NCBI RefSeq assembly: GCF_036321535.1
Contig: NC_087436.1
Span: 103,666,001-103,730,000, forward strand
Direction: 5' to 3'
DNA: 64,000 nucleotides
DNA from: Camelus dromedarius
Taxonomy: Eukaryota
Below, one piece after another: positions 1-13,229 of this stretch; position 1 is the first letter of the stretch; every line of letters begins with the position of its first letter. The notes below the pieces were generated by a model, which did not search any database, had not been told where the DNA came from, and saw only the letters and a program-made list of their open reading frames with translations. The position numbers were made by a program, and so were the translations under genes.

Positions 1-1150
1 ATTTATATTATGCACAATAGCCAAAAGGTTAATGTCAAGATGATATAATACAATATAAATTAGTATCCAGAACAAATAAAAATATAGAATAATGGGCAAG
101 AGAAACGTTAGAATCCTTCACAGAATAGGAAACTTTCGAGATTTGCAATACTAACTAATATATATAAAATAGATGAACAATAAGTTCACACTGTATAGCA
201 CAGGGAACTATATTCAATATCTTGTAGTAACTTATGGTGAGGAAGAATATGAATATGAATATAGGTATGTTCCTGTGTGACGGAAGTATTGTGCTGTAAC
301 GCCAGAAAGTGACAACATATTAGAGTGATTATACGTCAATAAAAAAAAAAAACAGATATAGTAAAAAAGAGTAGGAAACATAACCAATGAACATGAAGAG
401 CTGGCCATTATATCAGAGAGATAAAAATCAAGGCCCTAATGAGATACCATTTTACAGTCTTTCAATTCACAAGAACTAAAACGTCTGAACATTCCGAATG
501 TCAGAAAGGATCAGCCGGCCCTCTCATATTTTTCTGGCAGGGATACAAACAAGCACAATCACTTTAGAAAAGAGTTTGACTTTATAGTCTAGTATTGAAT
601 TCGCACGTATCTGAAGGTTCAGGAATTCAACTCCTATCGTATACACGGGAGAAGCTCTTGCGAAGGTTTAAAAGAAGATCTACTGAGAATATTCATGGCA
701 GTGCTGTCCGTAACAGCGAAAACCTGGAAATAACCCAATTGCCCACTGGAGACTATAAACAAAATGTGCTGTATTCACATGATAGAGCATTAAAATGAAC
801 TCCGGTTTCACACAACAAACTGATGACTCTTAGTCATCTATTAAGTGCAATTCTAAGTCTCCAATGATTCCATGAAGCACTATATCCTGTTTTAAAAGCT
901 GAAAATAATGAAAATAGACATATTGCTTTAAGAATGGGCATAGAGGCAGTGTAAATAAAAGCAAAGGAATGAACACAGGAGTCAGACGAAGGGGTTGGCT
1001 TGAGGATAAATCTATAGGGATGAACCATACTGCTGGATGTGGATTATTTTCAAGGTCTTAGTGTCCGTTCTGCATGGCAGACTCCCAGATGCTTATCACG
1101 TTATTAAAAACAACTCACTGAATATACAAATAAATGTGAGGCATACACTG
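1..1150 (+). mobile_element. Old degraded L1 (L1M/L1ME-type ORF2 end/3' UTR) fragment, interrupted by a younger L1 piece
   Basis: Motifs such as aatgagataccatttt, cactttagaaaagagttt, aattcaactcctatcgtatac and gaatattcatggcagtgctg resemble the 3' part of ancestral mammalian L1; A-rich plus strand. Confidence 0.65.
134..367 (+). mobile_element. Young 5'-truncated L1 3' end (cetartiodactyl/camelid type) with poly(A)
   Basis: tatatataaaatagat...ctgtatagcacagggaactatattcaatatcttgtagtaacttatggtga matches the artiodactyl L1 3' UTR; A-tail at about 341-352; candidate TSD agaataggaaac (122-133) / agagtaggaaac (368-379). Confidence 0.85.
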
Positions 1151-2317
1151 ACCATAGAGAAGAGTGTATCCAAGATAACAAAAGAAAAAAAAGAAAGAAA
1201 ATTGTATGTGTTTGGTCCTAAATACCCAGTAGAAACTCTCCCTTATGAACAATGAGGCAAATAACAATCACAGATCATTCATCGTGATTTGGATCTGTTG
1301 GCAAGCGATCTCAATTTCTAAAAATTTTTGCCCTCAGAGTTTTTCTCCCTTGGTGCAGCAGCCCCTCTATTGCCACATGCTCATCAAAGCATCCCAGTTT
1401 ATGACAATTTAAATAATTTATACAAAAAAAGGAAAGCAAAGCATGAAAATGTAAAGGCCTCTTAAATCATTTTTAAGGTTGCATAAGCATAATAAAATAA
1501 TCTGAGTAATAATTAAGTGACACCACGGGGCGAACTAAGTCTAGCTAATGAATTATGATGCTTATATTCTTTTTCAGTTTCCTATCAATGAGCCTGCATT
1601 TTAGCAAGTTAAAAAGAGAGTGTAAGCTAAGACCTCAGTGAAATTCTCTTCTTGGCCAAATAGACTGGTTTCTGAGTAGACGACTGAGATGAAACAGAAA
1701 GTAAAATTACGTTTTTCGAGACATTTCTTTTTTCTTGTAGATAGAGAAAGCATCCCTGTTTATCAAGTTCATCAACTAAGAATGTGTTGCAGAATGACAA
1801 TAAAGCTGTCACTGAGAAAATAATCCTAGTCAATTTCCTTCAGATGAGTCCGCCTACCGTGTTATCTTCTCCAAGGGAGTGAAATGGTAACACCACGGGA
1901 GCAAAAGCAGCAGGTTTGCACTGAAAGAAGACTATTATTTCGGTGGTAAAGTGAATTTGCTTAGAAGGGTCAGCAAGCAATTTAGAGCCTCGCTTTATCA
2001 CAGTATCCTGCTAAAAGATAAGTTTAACCTGCCTTTCAAATTAGCCAGTAGCACATAATATTTTAAGCATGCACTTGGTGCAGAATGCTCAGAGATTCAC
2101 CTTGAGCACGAGACACGAATTAATGGCTTTAAACCACTTTGTATGGACAGAAAAGTAACGTCCTAAGTTTCTGCAGAGAAAAATAAAAGAATCACAGTCT
2201 GATACAGAGGCATGATACCCGCAGCTATAAATTGATGTCATTGGCAATGAAGCATCAGAAGAATAAATAAGATGATTTGAGTCAAGACCAGTCATCCAAA
2301 TATATCCTGAAAGTGAT

Positions 2318-2807
2318 TTTATTAGTGTCCTAGAACTGCCATAACAAATCTTCACAAATTCGGTGGCTTGAAACAACAGAAATGTATTCTTTCATAGTTC
2401 TGGAGGCCAGAAGTACCAAATCAAGGTGCCAGCAGGGATGGTGCACAGTGGAGGCTCTGAAGAAGAATCTATTCCATGCTCCTTTCATAACTTCTGATGT
2501 TCGCGGGCAATCCTTGGTGCATCTTGGCTTGTATATTCATCATTCCATTCTTTCTCCCCCTTTCAGTGGAGCTCTCTCCTGGGTCTCATCACATGGCATT
2601 CTCCTAATGTGCCTGTCTTTGGGCCTCTTCTCCTCTTCTTATAGCTCACCAGTCATATTGGATTAGGGTCCACCCTAGTCAAGTATGACCTCAATCTTAA
2701 CTTGATTACTTCTGCAAAGACACTATATCCAAATGAGGTCACATTCACAGGCACCAGGTGTGAGCTCTTTAATGTGTCTTTTTGGGAACAACAAGTCAAC
2801 CACAACA
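2318..2807 (-). mobile_element. MaLR solo LTR (MLT1B/C-like)
   Basis: ctgccataacaaa...ggtggcttgaaacaacagaaatgtattct...ttctggaggccagaag...atgaggtcacattcacagg; near-matching 5-bp TSD gtgat/ctgat. Confidence 0.85.
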
Positions 2808-2902
2808 CTGATCAGTGGGAAAGTTTGGGAAGAGAAAAGGAGCATTATTATAAAACATTAAAGTTCCTTCCCTTCCTTTTGTTCTGGGAACTAACTATCT
2901 GC

Positions 2903-3685
2903 AAAGGCCAGTACTAAATTCATATGCCTCATAGGCTAGGAAGGTAACACTAGTGAGTAAAACGAACTAGTTAATACAGGTTGATTTACTTATTCACTTT
3001 AAAAAACAGCCTCTATTGAAAGTTTACTCTCCACGTCCTTTTGTAAATCACTAAACTTTTCACCATGTACCTTTTCTATATACATTTTTCCCACACAATT
3101 TTCATAGTTCTCATTGTGCTTTGTTTTACATAGGCCTCTTGCATTGAACTTTTGACAGACACTTGGTTAAACATGTATAAATGCTTTTAATTTCCACCAA
3201 AAAAAAAGCCTTCTCTCAATTTTCTTGAAACACATTCTTTTCTGACATTTTCTAACATTAGAAAAGCATACATTTTCTAACTTTTTATAGAGACAGGTAG
3301 AAAACCATTTCTCTGCTAAAAGACAAATGGCAGTAAAAGCATAATGACATGCAGTAGTTGACGCACAACTTCAGCTATGGGCAGGTAGTGGGGAGTGGTG
3401 GGGAGTGTGGCATCCGTCCAAATGAGAAAGAAGCTACTCAGCTTCAACCGATTAGCACAGAAGAGCATGCAGGGGAAGTCCTGAATGCAAGATGTCCAGG
3501 TAAGATTTTTCCAGAGAAACCAGAAAGCTACTTCTGATTTTTTCAAGAGAAACCACAAAACCAGATTTTTCTAAGAAATCTCCAGATGAAAAAAAAATAT
3601 ATATTAAAAATGTTGTTTTATGAAAGCCAAATAAAACACAACTGTGCATTGAATTTTGTCTTAGACCACAAGTTGCTATCTTTGA
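2903..3685 (+). mobile_element. MER102-like hAT element, split by about 400 bp of other sequence (about 2973-3380)
   Basis: 5' piece aaattcatatgcctcataggctaggaaggtaac; 3' piece ggggagtggtggggagtgtggc, gctactcagcttcaaccgatt, ttctgattttttcaagagaa, gccaaataaaacac. Confidence 0.6.
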
Positions 3686-4119
3686 GACCATCAGGATAAC
3701 CATTTGAATGAATAGTTTTCCCTTTGGAGAGATTTACTTCCCCCACTCCTTTCCCATCTCACCACAGCCTCTTCCTCTTTTTCCTCATCCGCCCATTCTC
3801 TTCCCCCCATAACTAAGTTCTATTTCTCGAATTAGGCTCCTCCTCAAACAGAAGTTGAAAAGTTAAACCAAGGTGATCAGCTAATGAAAATAAATCTTGA
3901 CTATGGTTGCCTAATTTGTAGAAGAAAAATTAATCTATGGATAGAAGAATCTCAATCTGGAAATTTTCTTCCACCAACCAGTCCATGCCTTTCACCACTG
4001 ACAAAAGAGTCCTGATTATGTACAGTTTGACAGCTTGAGCTACCTGCACTCATGTTTATTGGAGGTCATTTTCCATTGTATACATAAATGCAGGCACATT
4101 TTTTACTAATACGCAGATT

Positions 4120-4690
4120 CTGATAGACATTCATCATTCTTTTTAGCTACCCAGTAAGAAAATCTTTCTTCCTTTGTCTTCTGAAACCTCAATTTCACAA
4201 AACAAAGGAAAGGCATTCTCCTCCTAGGACGCTAAAAGAATGCCTCCTGTGTACCAATAGAAGTTGAAAATGCCAGATTCTCACTTTCCCATGCTTCACT
4301 AATCACCTGCACCTGCCCAGACTTTGAAACCCAAGTTGGGAACACAAAGTAGCAAGGTCTGAACAAAATTGTTTTTGGTGAGAGTACTAGAAGGGGTGAC
4401 TATCTTGTAGAGATCCAGCTTGCAGAGGTAGCAGGGGCAATAATGGCTCTAGTTGTAATGACTAATATTCAGCATCTGAGAACTGGTAGTGCCAGCTTGG
4501 ACATCTATACTGAGGAGCAGTGCTCAGTGGCAGTGCCCAGGAGGTCCTGTTTTCCATGGCAAAACTTGGGCATTGTTGCTGCTGTGAAAGCTTCAAGCTT
4601 GATTCTCCACCTGTCCAGAAGATTACAGATTATCTTTCTATTTCAAATAACTGGACTTAACTACTGTTGCTTACATCCAAGTTCCTTGAT
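4120..4690 (+). mobile_element. ERVL solo LTR (LTR33-like), degraded
   Basis: gaagttgaaaatgccagattctcactttccc and terminal ctgttgcttacatccaag resemble LTR33-family LTRs. Confidence 0.5.
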
Positions 4691-5199
4691 TTCTATAAAA
4701 ATTAAATGCCAGTATTTTTCTCATAATGTATAAAAGTTTTACCCCACAAACAACTTTCAGAACTACTGTTCTAAGAGATGGAAGTCAATCAATGTTGCCT
4801 ATAGATATTTATTCCCCCTGAGCAATATCACACGGTTAGATGAGACTCACTCTTGGCATAGCCACTCTGTTTGGATAGATGGTAAAGACATAGAGCCAGA
4901 GAGGAATCCCAAGGCCCTGGAGATAGAGTACTTGAGGTTTTAATCTCTTTTGAAAGCAATCAGCTGATCCTAGAGTTGGATTACCCAAAACTCTAAAACC
5001 CTAGGAGACAAATTGCAAGTGATATTTGTTCCTTTAATGCTTATTTGAATTCTGGAAGAAAAAAAACATCCTAGGAAACCTCACCTTTCCCATTCCTACA
5101 GTTCTTCTCAAGCCTGCTGTCTTTGAAAGGCTCTTGGACTGTATCCTTGAATAAAACTGGAAAAGACCCCAGCCTGTGGAGCTTACAGTATAGACCAAA

Positions 5200-5875
5200 A
5201 TTTATAAATAAATTAATGATAAAATTAAAGGTCGGTAAATCATACAGTATGTTGCAATGTGGCAAGTGTTGTGGGAAATAATAGAACAGGCTAAAAGAAA
5301 TCTAGGGTGTTCAAGGTAGGAAGTTGCAGTAAGTGACAATTTTAAAAGAGGTTGATCGTTGCGTAAAGGGGATCAAGGAATTAGTTGTGTATGGATATCT
5401 GTGGGAAGAGCATTCCAGGCAGAGGGAACAGCCATCGCAAGGCCCTAAAAAAGGTACATGCCTAGTCTTTTGAAAGAAGAGGGAGTTTGGTGTAGATGAA
5501 ACCGAGTGAGAAGGGGAAATTCATCAGATGAGATGACAGAGACAACAAGGGGTTATTTTCTGTAAGGCCTTGTAGTTATCACAGTGACGTTGACTTTATT
5601 CTGAGTGAGATGAGAAGCCACTGGAAACCTTTGCGGAGAAAAGCCATATCATATAATTTATGTTCTCAAAGTATCATTCTGGCTACTAGGTTGACAATAA
5701 AGTACAGACAGAGGTGAAGCAAGGACAAAAACACGAGAACTTCTAGATGTCCACTTCAGTAACCAGGAGAGCAATGACGATGTCTTGTACCAAGATGGTA
5801 ACAGTGTACATGGTAAGAATTGGTCATGTTCTATTTATAATTTGAAGGTAGACTCTATAAGATTTCCTGATACTG
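5200..5875 (-). mobile_element. L2 (L2a-like) fragment
   Basis: ggatatctgtgggaagagcattccaggcagagggaacagc, gactttattctgagtgagatgagaagccactgg and ttgaaggtagactc are L2 3'-region motifs in antisense. Confidence 0.85.
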
Positions 5876-5879
5876 ATTT

Positions 5880-6280
5880 TTATTTCCTCCCCATGTCTTG
5901 TCAATCCACCACCTCTGTTTTGTCTGGCTTCATACCCTTAACCACCATCTTTCCCGCTACACTGATGTGAGAGGTCCTTCCACACTTCAGACGTTATCAT
6001 CCAACTTGCCTGAATTACATCCCATGGCTCTCCATAAATTTCACAATATAAATCCCTTAATGCAGTTCACCAGAACTTTTATGACCTGGTATCTGTTCAC
6101 ATCCCTGACCTCACCTCCCTCTGCCTCCTAGAGCACTGTTCACTTCAGTCAAAAGACCCTGAATGACTTGCAGTGTCCTAAATTTGTTCTGCTACTTCAC
6201 ACATCTGTACCTTCAGACCTACTGTTCCCTCTTCCCATAATGCCTTTCTCCAGCACTTCACCTGACTGTCTTTATTACTA
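5880..6280 (+). mobile_element. L2 fragment, opposite orientation to its neighbour
   Basis: ctgttccctcttcccataatgcctttctcc is homologous to the reverse complement of the L2 motif at about 5402-5430; pyrimidine-rich. Confidence 0.6.
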
Positions 6281-6659
6281 GAGATCATTTAATCCAATGT
6301 TTAGTGAAGGAAAGGGACTTCAGGGGGAAAAAAAAAAGTCACTGTAAATAATTGATTGAGAAAGCACTCCTAACAGCAAACTACAGACCATTGACTGCAT
6401 TCAAGAGAAGCAGCAAGCATAATTGGATTCCCGAATTCACTTGATATGATTAAGAGAGATGAAGATTTCATATGTGCAAAAGTTTCAGTCAATTACGCCT
6501 CAGCAAAGGCAATGCAGCAAAAGGGAATTCAGAAAAAATGTTGTTTTTGTGAGTTAAGAAACATTTGGGTGTCATTTAGTCATGGAGTGACCTTAAGCAT
6601 TCTCAAATTGTTTTTTCCATTGGGGAAAAAAATAGACCCTCTACTATAACCTGCATCTA

Positions 6660-7070
6660 AGAGAGTTTTGGGAGAAGACCTGATTGAAGTTTAAGTACGG
6701 GGGTGATATAACATGATTTATGTTTTTAAAAGATTATACTAGTTCCTTCTATAGGATGGCAAGGAAGCAAGATTTGAGACAAGGAGACCAGTTAGGAAGC
6801 TACTGCAGTAGTTCACACCCGAGACGGTGGGGCCTTAGACTAAGATTGTAGCTTTGATGATGGTGAGAAGTCAGATTCAGGATATATGTTGGAAAGAGGA
6901 TAGATATAGCCCACTTGTGAAGGCTTAATCATGCTCAGAGGCAAGAGCATGAGAAGAATCAAGGATAACCATAGGCTTTTGTTTGAAGCAATGACATGGG
7001 GACAGTGGTTTGTGTTGTACAAGGAACAATGAAGTCAAAGACCTTCTGATAGACCTGAATTTGAGAGACC
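6660..7070 (-). mobile_element. L2 fragment
   Basis: gatttatgtttttaaaagattatact, ggagaccagttaggaagctactgcagtagttca, gaatcaaggataac. Confidence 0.8.
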
Positions 7071-7367
7071 AGCATCTCCTCTCTACCTAACTCTTTGGAC
7101 AGATCCATTACCTTGCTAGCATCAGTGTCTGCTCCCTGTGGCTATAGCATTTAATATTATGTCCTGTCTGCCAGAGTAGACTTCTTCCCAACCTCTAAAA
7201 TCTGTCCTCTGAGTGCCCACTGTGGCCAATAACTAGACATGGTTGCCAGATATGGTCTCTCCAAATGCAACTCGTCATTATTTACACAAGGCCAGTCCCT
7301 AATCTCATACAGAAAGAACAATAAAACAAGAAAGAATTCTCATGTTCAGAACACCAGAGAACATCTA

Positions 7368-7547
7368 CCAATGTTTTCCCAATTTACATAATTATCAAAG
7401 TAACTTGCTTAAAATGCGGGTGCCAGGACTTACCCAGAATCCCCTGAATTAGAATTCCCAAGAGAGGAAACTATAAATCTACTATTTTTCTTTTTTAACA
7501 AGTTCCCCAAGTTACACCCATGATGAGCTAAGTTTGGGAAACACTGA
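7368..7547. mobile_element. MER5/Charlie-family hAT MITE
   Basis: Imperfect terminal inverted ends caatgttttcccaa / ttgggaaacactg; internal ttttttaacaagttcccca. Confidence 0.6.
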
Positions 7548-10299
7548 TCTGCACTCAAGCCCTCATTACAAGAGGAAACAAAAAGCCCAAAGGAGTTAAG
7601 TAATTTCCAAAAGAAGCAGTTCGCCTCCCGCAGTTGAGAAAGAATTTTCACTTTTTTTGCTTTCTGCTTTTAACTTTCCTCATTCCCCTTGCTATATATA
7701 GAAGTTACATGTTTTTGATCAATCTCTGAGAGGACTGCTAACACTTCCTAATCATGTCTCCCAGGAGAAATGACTTTGGAAACCTGAAACAGTCTCGGGA
7801 ACTGCTCTGTCCTTTCCTCATAAAAGCTCACCTTGAAACACAGGCAGACACTCTAGGAAAATTATTTCTTCTTAATTGGGACTATCTAGAGAGACTTGGA
7901 ACCATAGACGCTCTCTTTGCCAAGTTAAAAAAAAAAAAAGGTGTCCCTTTGTCCTTATTATTTTCAGGATGATACATGTAATCTAACGGCTCCTGCACAC
8001 CATGAGGCTCTGGTTGACATCAGTAGGCGTTATGCATGTACAAGGGCAGCGGGGGTGGTTCATTATCTCCAGCCCAAGCAGAGAGAGATGCAATAATCAT
8101 CGTTCTCTGCTTTTCTCCAAGCTTTTAACTGGTGTTGGAAGCATAAGTACCCTTAGCGCCTTGGGTTAGGGAAAGTTACACCTTTTTCAATTGGCAGATG
8201 GTATTCAATGCCTGCTCAACAGAGCACAGAGGATGCCGTGAAGGAGCCATTGAATGGGAGAAACTATTCTTCTCTCTCAAACAAAATGATTGCTTTGACT
8301 TTGAGAATAGTGACTCCCTCATAATACTTTCCAATACGCCCAAACCCTTAAGTAAATGAGGACTTAATGCGTCTACAGACGTTAAAAGTTTTCTATGTCA
8401 GAAAAAAAAAATGTTGGAGAAGACGAGGCACCCACTCCAAACGTATGCTGAAGTCGAACCACTGTGTTTATGGAGTGTTTTATTCTTGCCTCGGTCTAGG
8501 ACACCGCTGTAGAGTTGCTGAAGCTTGATTTCATAGGTCTCATGAATCCAGTGACATCTCCATTACCTGTTCCAATAAGAGAAGGCTGGCACAGCTCATT
8601 TAAAACAGAAAAAGCACAACCCCAGGTCAAAGTATTGGTTTTTCTTCCCTCAGAGAAGCAATATTATCATAGTTTTGAGTCTTTCTCTTTCCCTGTTTCC
8701 ATTCTGACGCCACCAAGAGAAGAGCGTTATTCACCAAGTTTCCTTTGCTGAATCAAAAATTATGAGAAAAATGCTATTTTTCTCCTAATAACAATGATTT
8801 CCTTCTTTCTGTTTGCATCCTCTTTCATCCTATTTTCTCTGCTCTACCTTCTGTATTTTACTCTGTTCTACCTCACTTCTTCTCCCAAAGGAACGATCCT
8901 TTTAAGATCAGCTGGGCATCATCCTTCCAGAAAAGGTGCTCTTTTAATTTGAGAGCTTGACTTCAGGCATACAATTTGTTATGAATATCTGTCAAACACT
9001 GTTTCAGCCACAACCATTTATGTCAGCAGTGTTCCTTGTAAACCAAGCTAGTTCAGGCCATTCACTCCATCAAGCAAGATAAACAACAAAATCGATATTA
9101 TGAAAATGGAGATGACAAAGATCTCAATTTGTCTAAGTAATTCGTAAGAACAGAGTTTCCATGTTCGTCCTTGCATTCTGACCTGTAGTGAATATTCTGT
9201 TATTTTTCCCTTGCTGCTGGTGAGAAAGCTTGTTTTTGTTTCATTTTGTTTCAGTTTTTAGTTTCTGAAATGTATTTTAGCCACAGCCTTTTCAAACGTA
9301 GAGAGACAAGAGGGGGCCTGCCTGGTCATTGCTCTCCTAGGGCTATTTCCAGAGCACTGATTCACCGCCAGCCCTGCTAGAATCTCGGTTGGAGGCCAGG
9401 CTCATGAGCTACAAGCCCACTCCACGGCCTCAGCTGGCATCTCTCACCCCTGCTGTAAACATGCATCTCCACCCTTTGTCTCAAGATTGCACACCTGTGG
9501 ATGAAGGAAGAGCTAAAAGCCAAGTATTTTGCTTTCTCAGGAAGTAAAGTGCAAGGAAAACAAAAGCCAAGAATGAGTATAAACATCCTTTTCATGCTTC
9601 AGGCTGTGCATCAAACTTATCATTGTTATCAAACCATCTCTTTCTACCAACCCCCCTGGTCCCCCAGCTGGGTTACATCCCGAGGGCAAGGACCATGATG
9701 GAATACTTCTTTGCAAGACTCTCAGCTCAGTGCCAGTAACACAGAAACAATCAAGAAATTCTTATTAATGTGGAAAAAAAAATGTGTGAGGGTTTTAAAT
9801 ATCACATAATTAAAACCCTTATTTGACAGTAAAACATTTTCAGAACAATGATGTATATAATCTCTAAAGTCACGTGCCTAACCAAGTGTCTAAGGCAGGA
9901 CTAGAATTCAAAAATCAAATCCATGAAAATCCAGACTTTGCATGTTCTAAGTACTGGCCCCTAAACCCAGTCAACTACATCCTCAGTATTATGTGGGTGC
10001 AGGAAATGCAGAGTCCCACAGTTCCAGACCCTTCAACTTACGTTTCCTGCAAGAGCCAGAAATTCAATTTAATAGTGATATATCAAGCACTTTCCATGTA
10101 CAGAACTCAGTGTTAGACATTTGGAAGAAAATACAGTTAATGTGTTGGTTTAACTACAGTTCACAAAAATGATGACCCAGTTGTCATACACAGGTCACAC
10201 ACTTAATAAGTTCAAGTGCTTAATAAGGAGAAAACCATAAAGAAGTACTTTTTAATTAATTTTTATGAAACATATGTAGTTCCTCAAGAGACAAACTAC

Positions 10300-11880
10300 T
10301 TATCCATTCACTCATTTTTTCACTTATTTATAATTATATATTGAGTACCAAATATTTTCCAGGCTCTCTTCTAGACAATGGAATACAAAAATGAATAATT
10401 CCAAGTCCTTATGCTCCATGACTTTATAGACCAAAAAAAAAAAAAAAAAAAAAAAGAAAGAAAGTAAAGACAATAGAGTGAGAAAGATGTTATAGCAGAA
10501 ATCTCTGTTCTGTGGGAGACCAGTAGCATGGAGATGGTAGTCAAAGACAAGGGAAAAGTCAGTGCATGGAGCATTTTGACTTGGAAGACACTCGCTGAGC
10601 AGCTGAAGGTGGGATATGTTCCAGGTGGAAAGAAAAATGTAAACCAAGGCACTAAGACTTGGCTCAACCTAGACGAAGGATGTGGAAGAAGAAAGGGATG
10701 GAGTCGGGGAGGACCTCAGAAAAGAACAGGGGGAAAAGAAAGATGAGAATCTTTAGGCATTGATAAAGATTTTGAATTTTATTCTGGGGGCAGTAGAAGC
10801 CAATGCAAGTTTTCTAGAAGAGAAAGGACTTCATCAGCTTTGAGGGGAATTGGGAAGCTGTGACAAATCATAGACATCTAAATGATGCCTGAAGTTGTTG
10901 ATTAGAAACAATGGACTTTGGTATACACAGTAGAGGATTGATATGAAAGCAGGTAGGAGGCAGACTACTGGATGGGATAATAAGTTAGATTTTGGATGTT
11001 GTGGTAGGAAGAATAATGGCTCCCCCAAAATGTCTATGCCTTAATCTCTGTAACCTGTGAACACACTATTTACACGGCAAAAGGGACTTTGCCAATGTTA
11101 ATAAGGTCATGAACGTTAAAATGGGGAACGTATATGGAATCAACCAAGTGGGCCCAATCTAGTCCCCTAAATTCCTAAAAGTATAGAAACTTTCCTAGCT
11201 TCCCAGCTATAGTCAGAGAGAGATGAAATGGAAAGAGGAAAGATTCCAAGTATGACAGGTATAAAACCCTCCATTTCTGACTTTAATGATGGAGGAAGGT
11301 GGGGGGGAGTCATGAACCATGGAACATGGGTGGCCTCTAGAAGCTGGGAATGGGCCTCAGCTAATAGCCAGCAAGGAAGCAGGGATCTCAGTCCTACAAC
11401 CACAAGGAGCTAAAGTCTGTTTAAGAATGAATGACAAGGAAACAGATCGTCTTCTAGAAGCTTCCGAAAGAAACACAGTCTTGCTGACCTCTTGTCACCT
11501 TGTCAGTTTGGTGAGACCTGGTGTGACCTATGTCAAACTTTTAACCTAAAGAACTATAAAATAATAAATTTATGTTGTTGAAGCCACTAAGTTTGTGGTA
11601 ACTTGTAATGGCAACAGTAGAAAACTATTGCAGATTTGAAGACAAAAAGAGGAGTCTAGATAATTCCCAGGTGAGAAGAGGGGGGCAAAAGAAGAAGAAT
11701 CTTCCAAAGAGATTGAAAAGAAAGCATCAGAGAATAAAGAGGAATCTGAAGAAGTCCCAGAACCAAAGGAGAAAAGAACACCAGGAAGGAATCATCCAAA
11801 CTGACAACTGCAAGAGATCAAATAATATTGGACTGGTAGCCCTTGCCAAAGCCAGTCTTCAAATTTGTGATCAGAATCTT
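10300..11880 (-). mobile_element. L2 fragment (3' end near 10300), interrupted by an MLT1 LTR at 11000-11632
   Basis: L2 tail cattcactcatt...attgagtacc, then ttttgaattttattctgggggcagtagaagcc and taagttagattttggatgt; L2-like sequence resumes after 11633. Confidence 0.7.
11000..11632 (+). mobile_element. MaLR solo LTR (MLT1D/E-like)
   Basis: Starts tgtggtaggaagaataatggctccccc and ends aagccactaagtttgtggtaacttgt...gaaaactattgca; near-matching TSD gatgt/gattt. Confidence 0.85.
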
Positions 11881-12268
11881 TAAAGGAGTAAACTAGAAGG
11901 TGGGAACAGTGGACTGGCATCCTATAAATGACTCAGTAATTTGCAAGAGGTGATCTTGACCCTAAGCCAAATCAAGAGAAGAAACAGCCACAGAACAAGG
12001 AAAGGCAAGAAATGTGGTTTCTGTCTTTCTTCTGACTCCATGCTTAATGAACATGTGCCCTAGTAGGTTAAACAGAATATTTTAAAATCACTTAAAATAC
12101 TATTTGCAAGCTAAAAAGGGTAGTGCTTTGGTTTATTGCCTGGGATCCCGTGGCATTAAGTGTGGCTAACAAAGAGTTAAAAAGTTCTAGTTGGTCACCC
12201 CACTTCTCTTGTATGCATTCAAACTTCTGAATGACCAGATACCTTTTATTTAAGTGCAGCTGCTTTAA

Positions 12269-12375
12269 GGTGGGGAGGGTACAGTTTAGTGGTAGAGCGT
12301 GTGCTTAGCATGCACAAGGTCCAGGGTTCAATCCCCAGTACCTCTGTTAAAAAATGTTTTAAAAAGGAAAAATAA

Positions 12376-12414
<39 letters not shown>

Positions 12415-12505
12415 ACAAACAAACAAACAAACAAACAAACCTAATTACTTCCCCCCAACAAAAGCCAAACAAACAAGTGACGGCAATATTATTTTTAAAA
12501 AATTG
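12269..12505 (+). mobile_element. tRNA-Ala-derived SINE (camelid Vic-1 type)
   Basis: ggggagggtacagtttagtggtagagcgtgtgcttagcatgcacaaggtccagggttcaatccccagtacctc (Pol III A/B boxes), (AAAT)n(AAAC)n tail, cctaattac motif; 16-bp TSD agtgcagct(g/a)ctttaa at 12253-12268 and 12506-12521. Confidence 0.92.
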
Positions 12506-13229
12506 AGTGCAGCTACTTTAAACCTACACAAATATACTTGTGGGATCTGTCTTTCTCATCAATGGTAGGAACGCAGTAGGTCAGGAAGATTTCTCTCCTG
12601 ACCCCATTGATGAATCAATGAGGTTCGTAGTAAATTGGTGAAGTCATCATAATATCCAAAACACAATTTACCACATGATTTTCAAAGACTCCCATTATCA
12701 TGCATAATATTCATAATATCTGAACTTAATTCTCTCAAAACTTGCACAAAAAACATTTACATTAGCTTAGAGATAATATTCAAACTACTACATGTTCCCG
12801 CATACCTCACAGAGCTTTGTTCCAGAAAAGAATTGTTCCCAGAAAGTACCTTGTCCCGACAAGGCTGGTTTGGCACATAGGTACAATGTATGTCCTTGAC
12901 TATATTCAAGTTCACAGAACACAGTACGTATTTTCTTTTCTGAAAGAGCAGAGCACTGTCTTGCCCCAAGCATCCTTGGGAATACTTGGGTGTTGTTTGA
13001 AAATCACTTTGAGATTCTTCTAGACAGCTTTTTGCAGTATTTCCCCAAGTAGGTCTTCGATTGTCTTTGTCCACATTACCCTTAGCTGGCTTCTTTCTTT
13101 ATAGCATGCCCCAGCTATAATCTCCAGGGCTCTCCCACAGCCCACCCCAACAAGAGCCTAAGCTCGTCAATTTACTTAAATGGAGTTTCTAGCCTGCTGG
13201 GGGATTTAGAGACTGTTTAATTTCACCAA

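Noticed and set aside
12271..12345. tRNA-Ala(AGC) gene (similar heads near 14945-15015 and 41545-41615)
   Set aside because: These are SINE heads: they have a shared AT-rich tail, target-site duplications and mismatches to tRNA-Ala.
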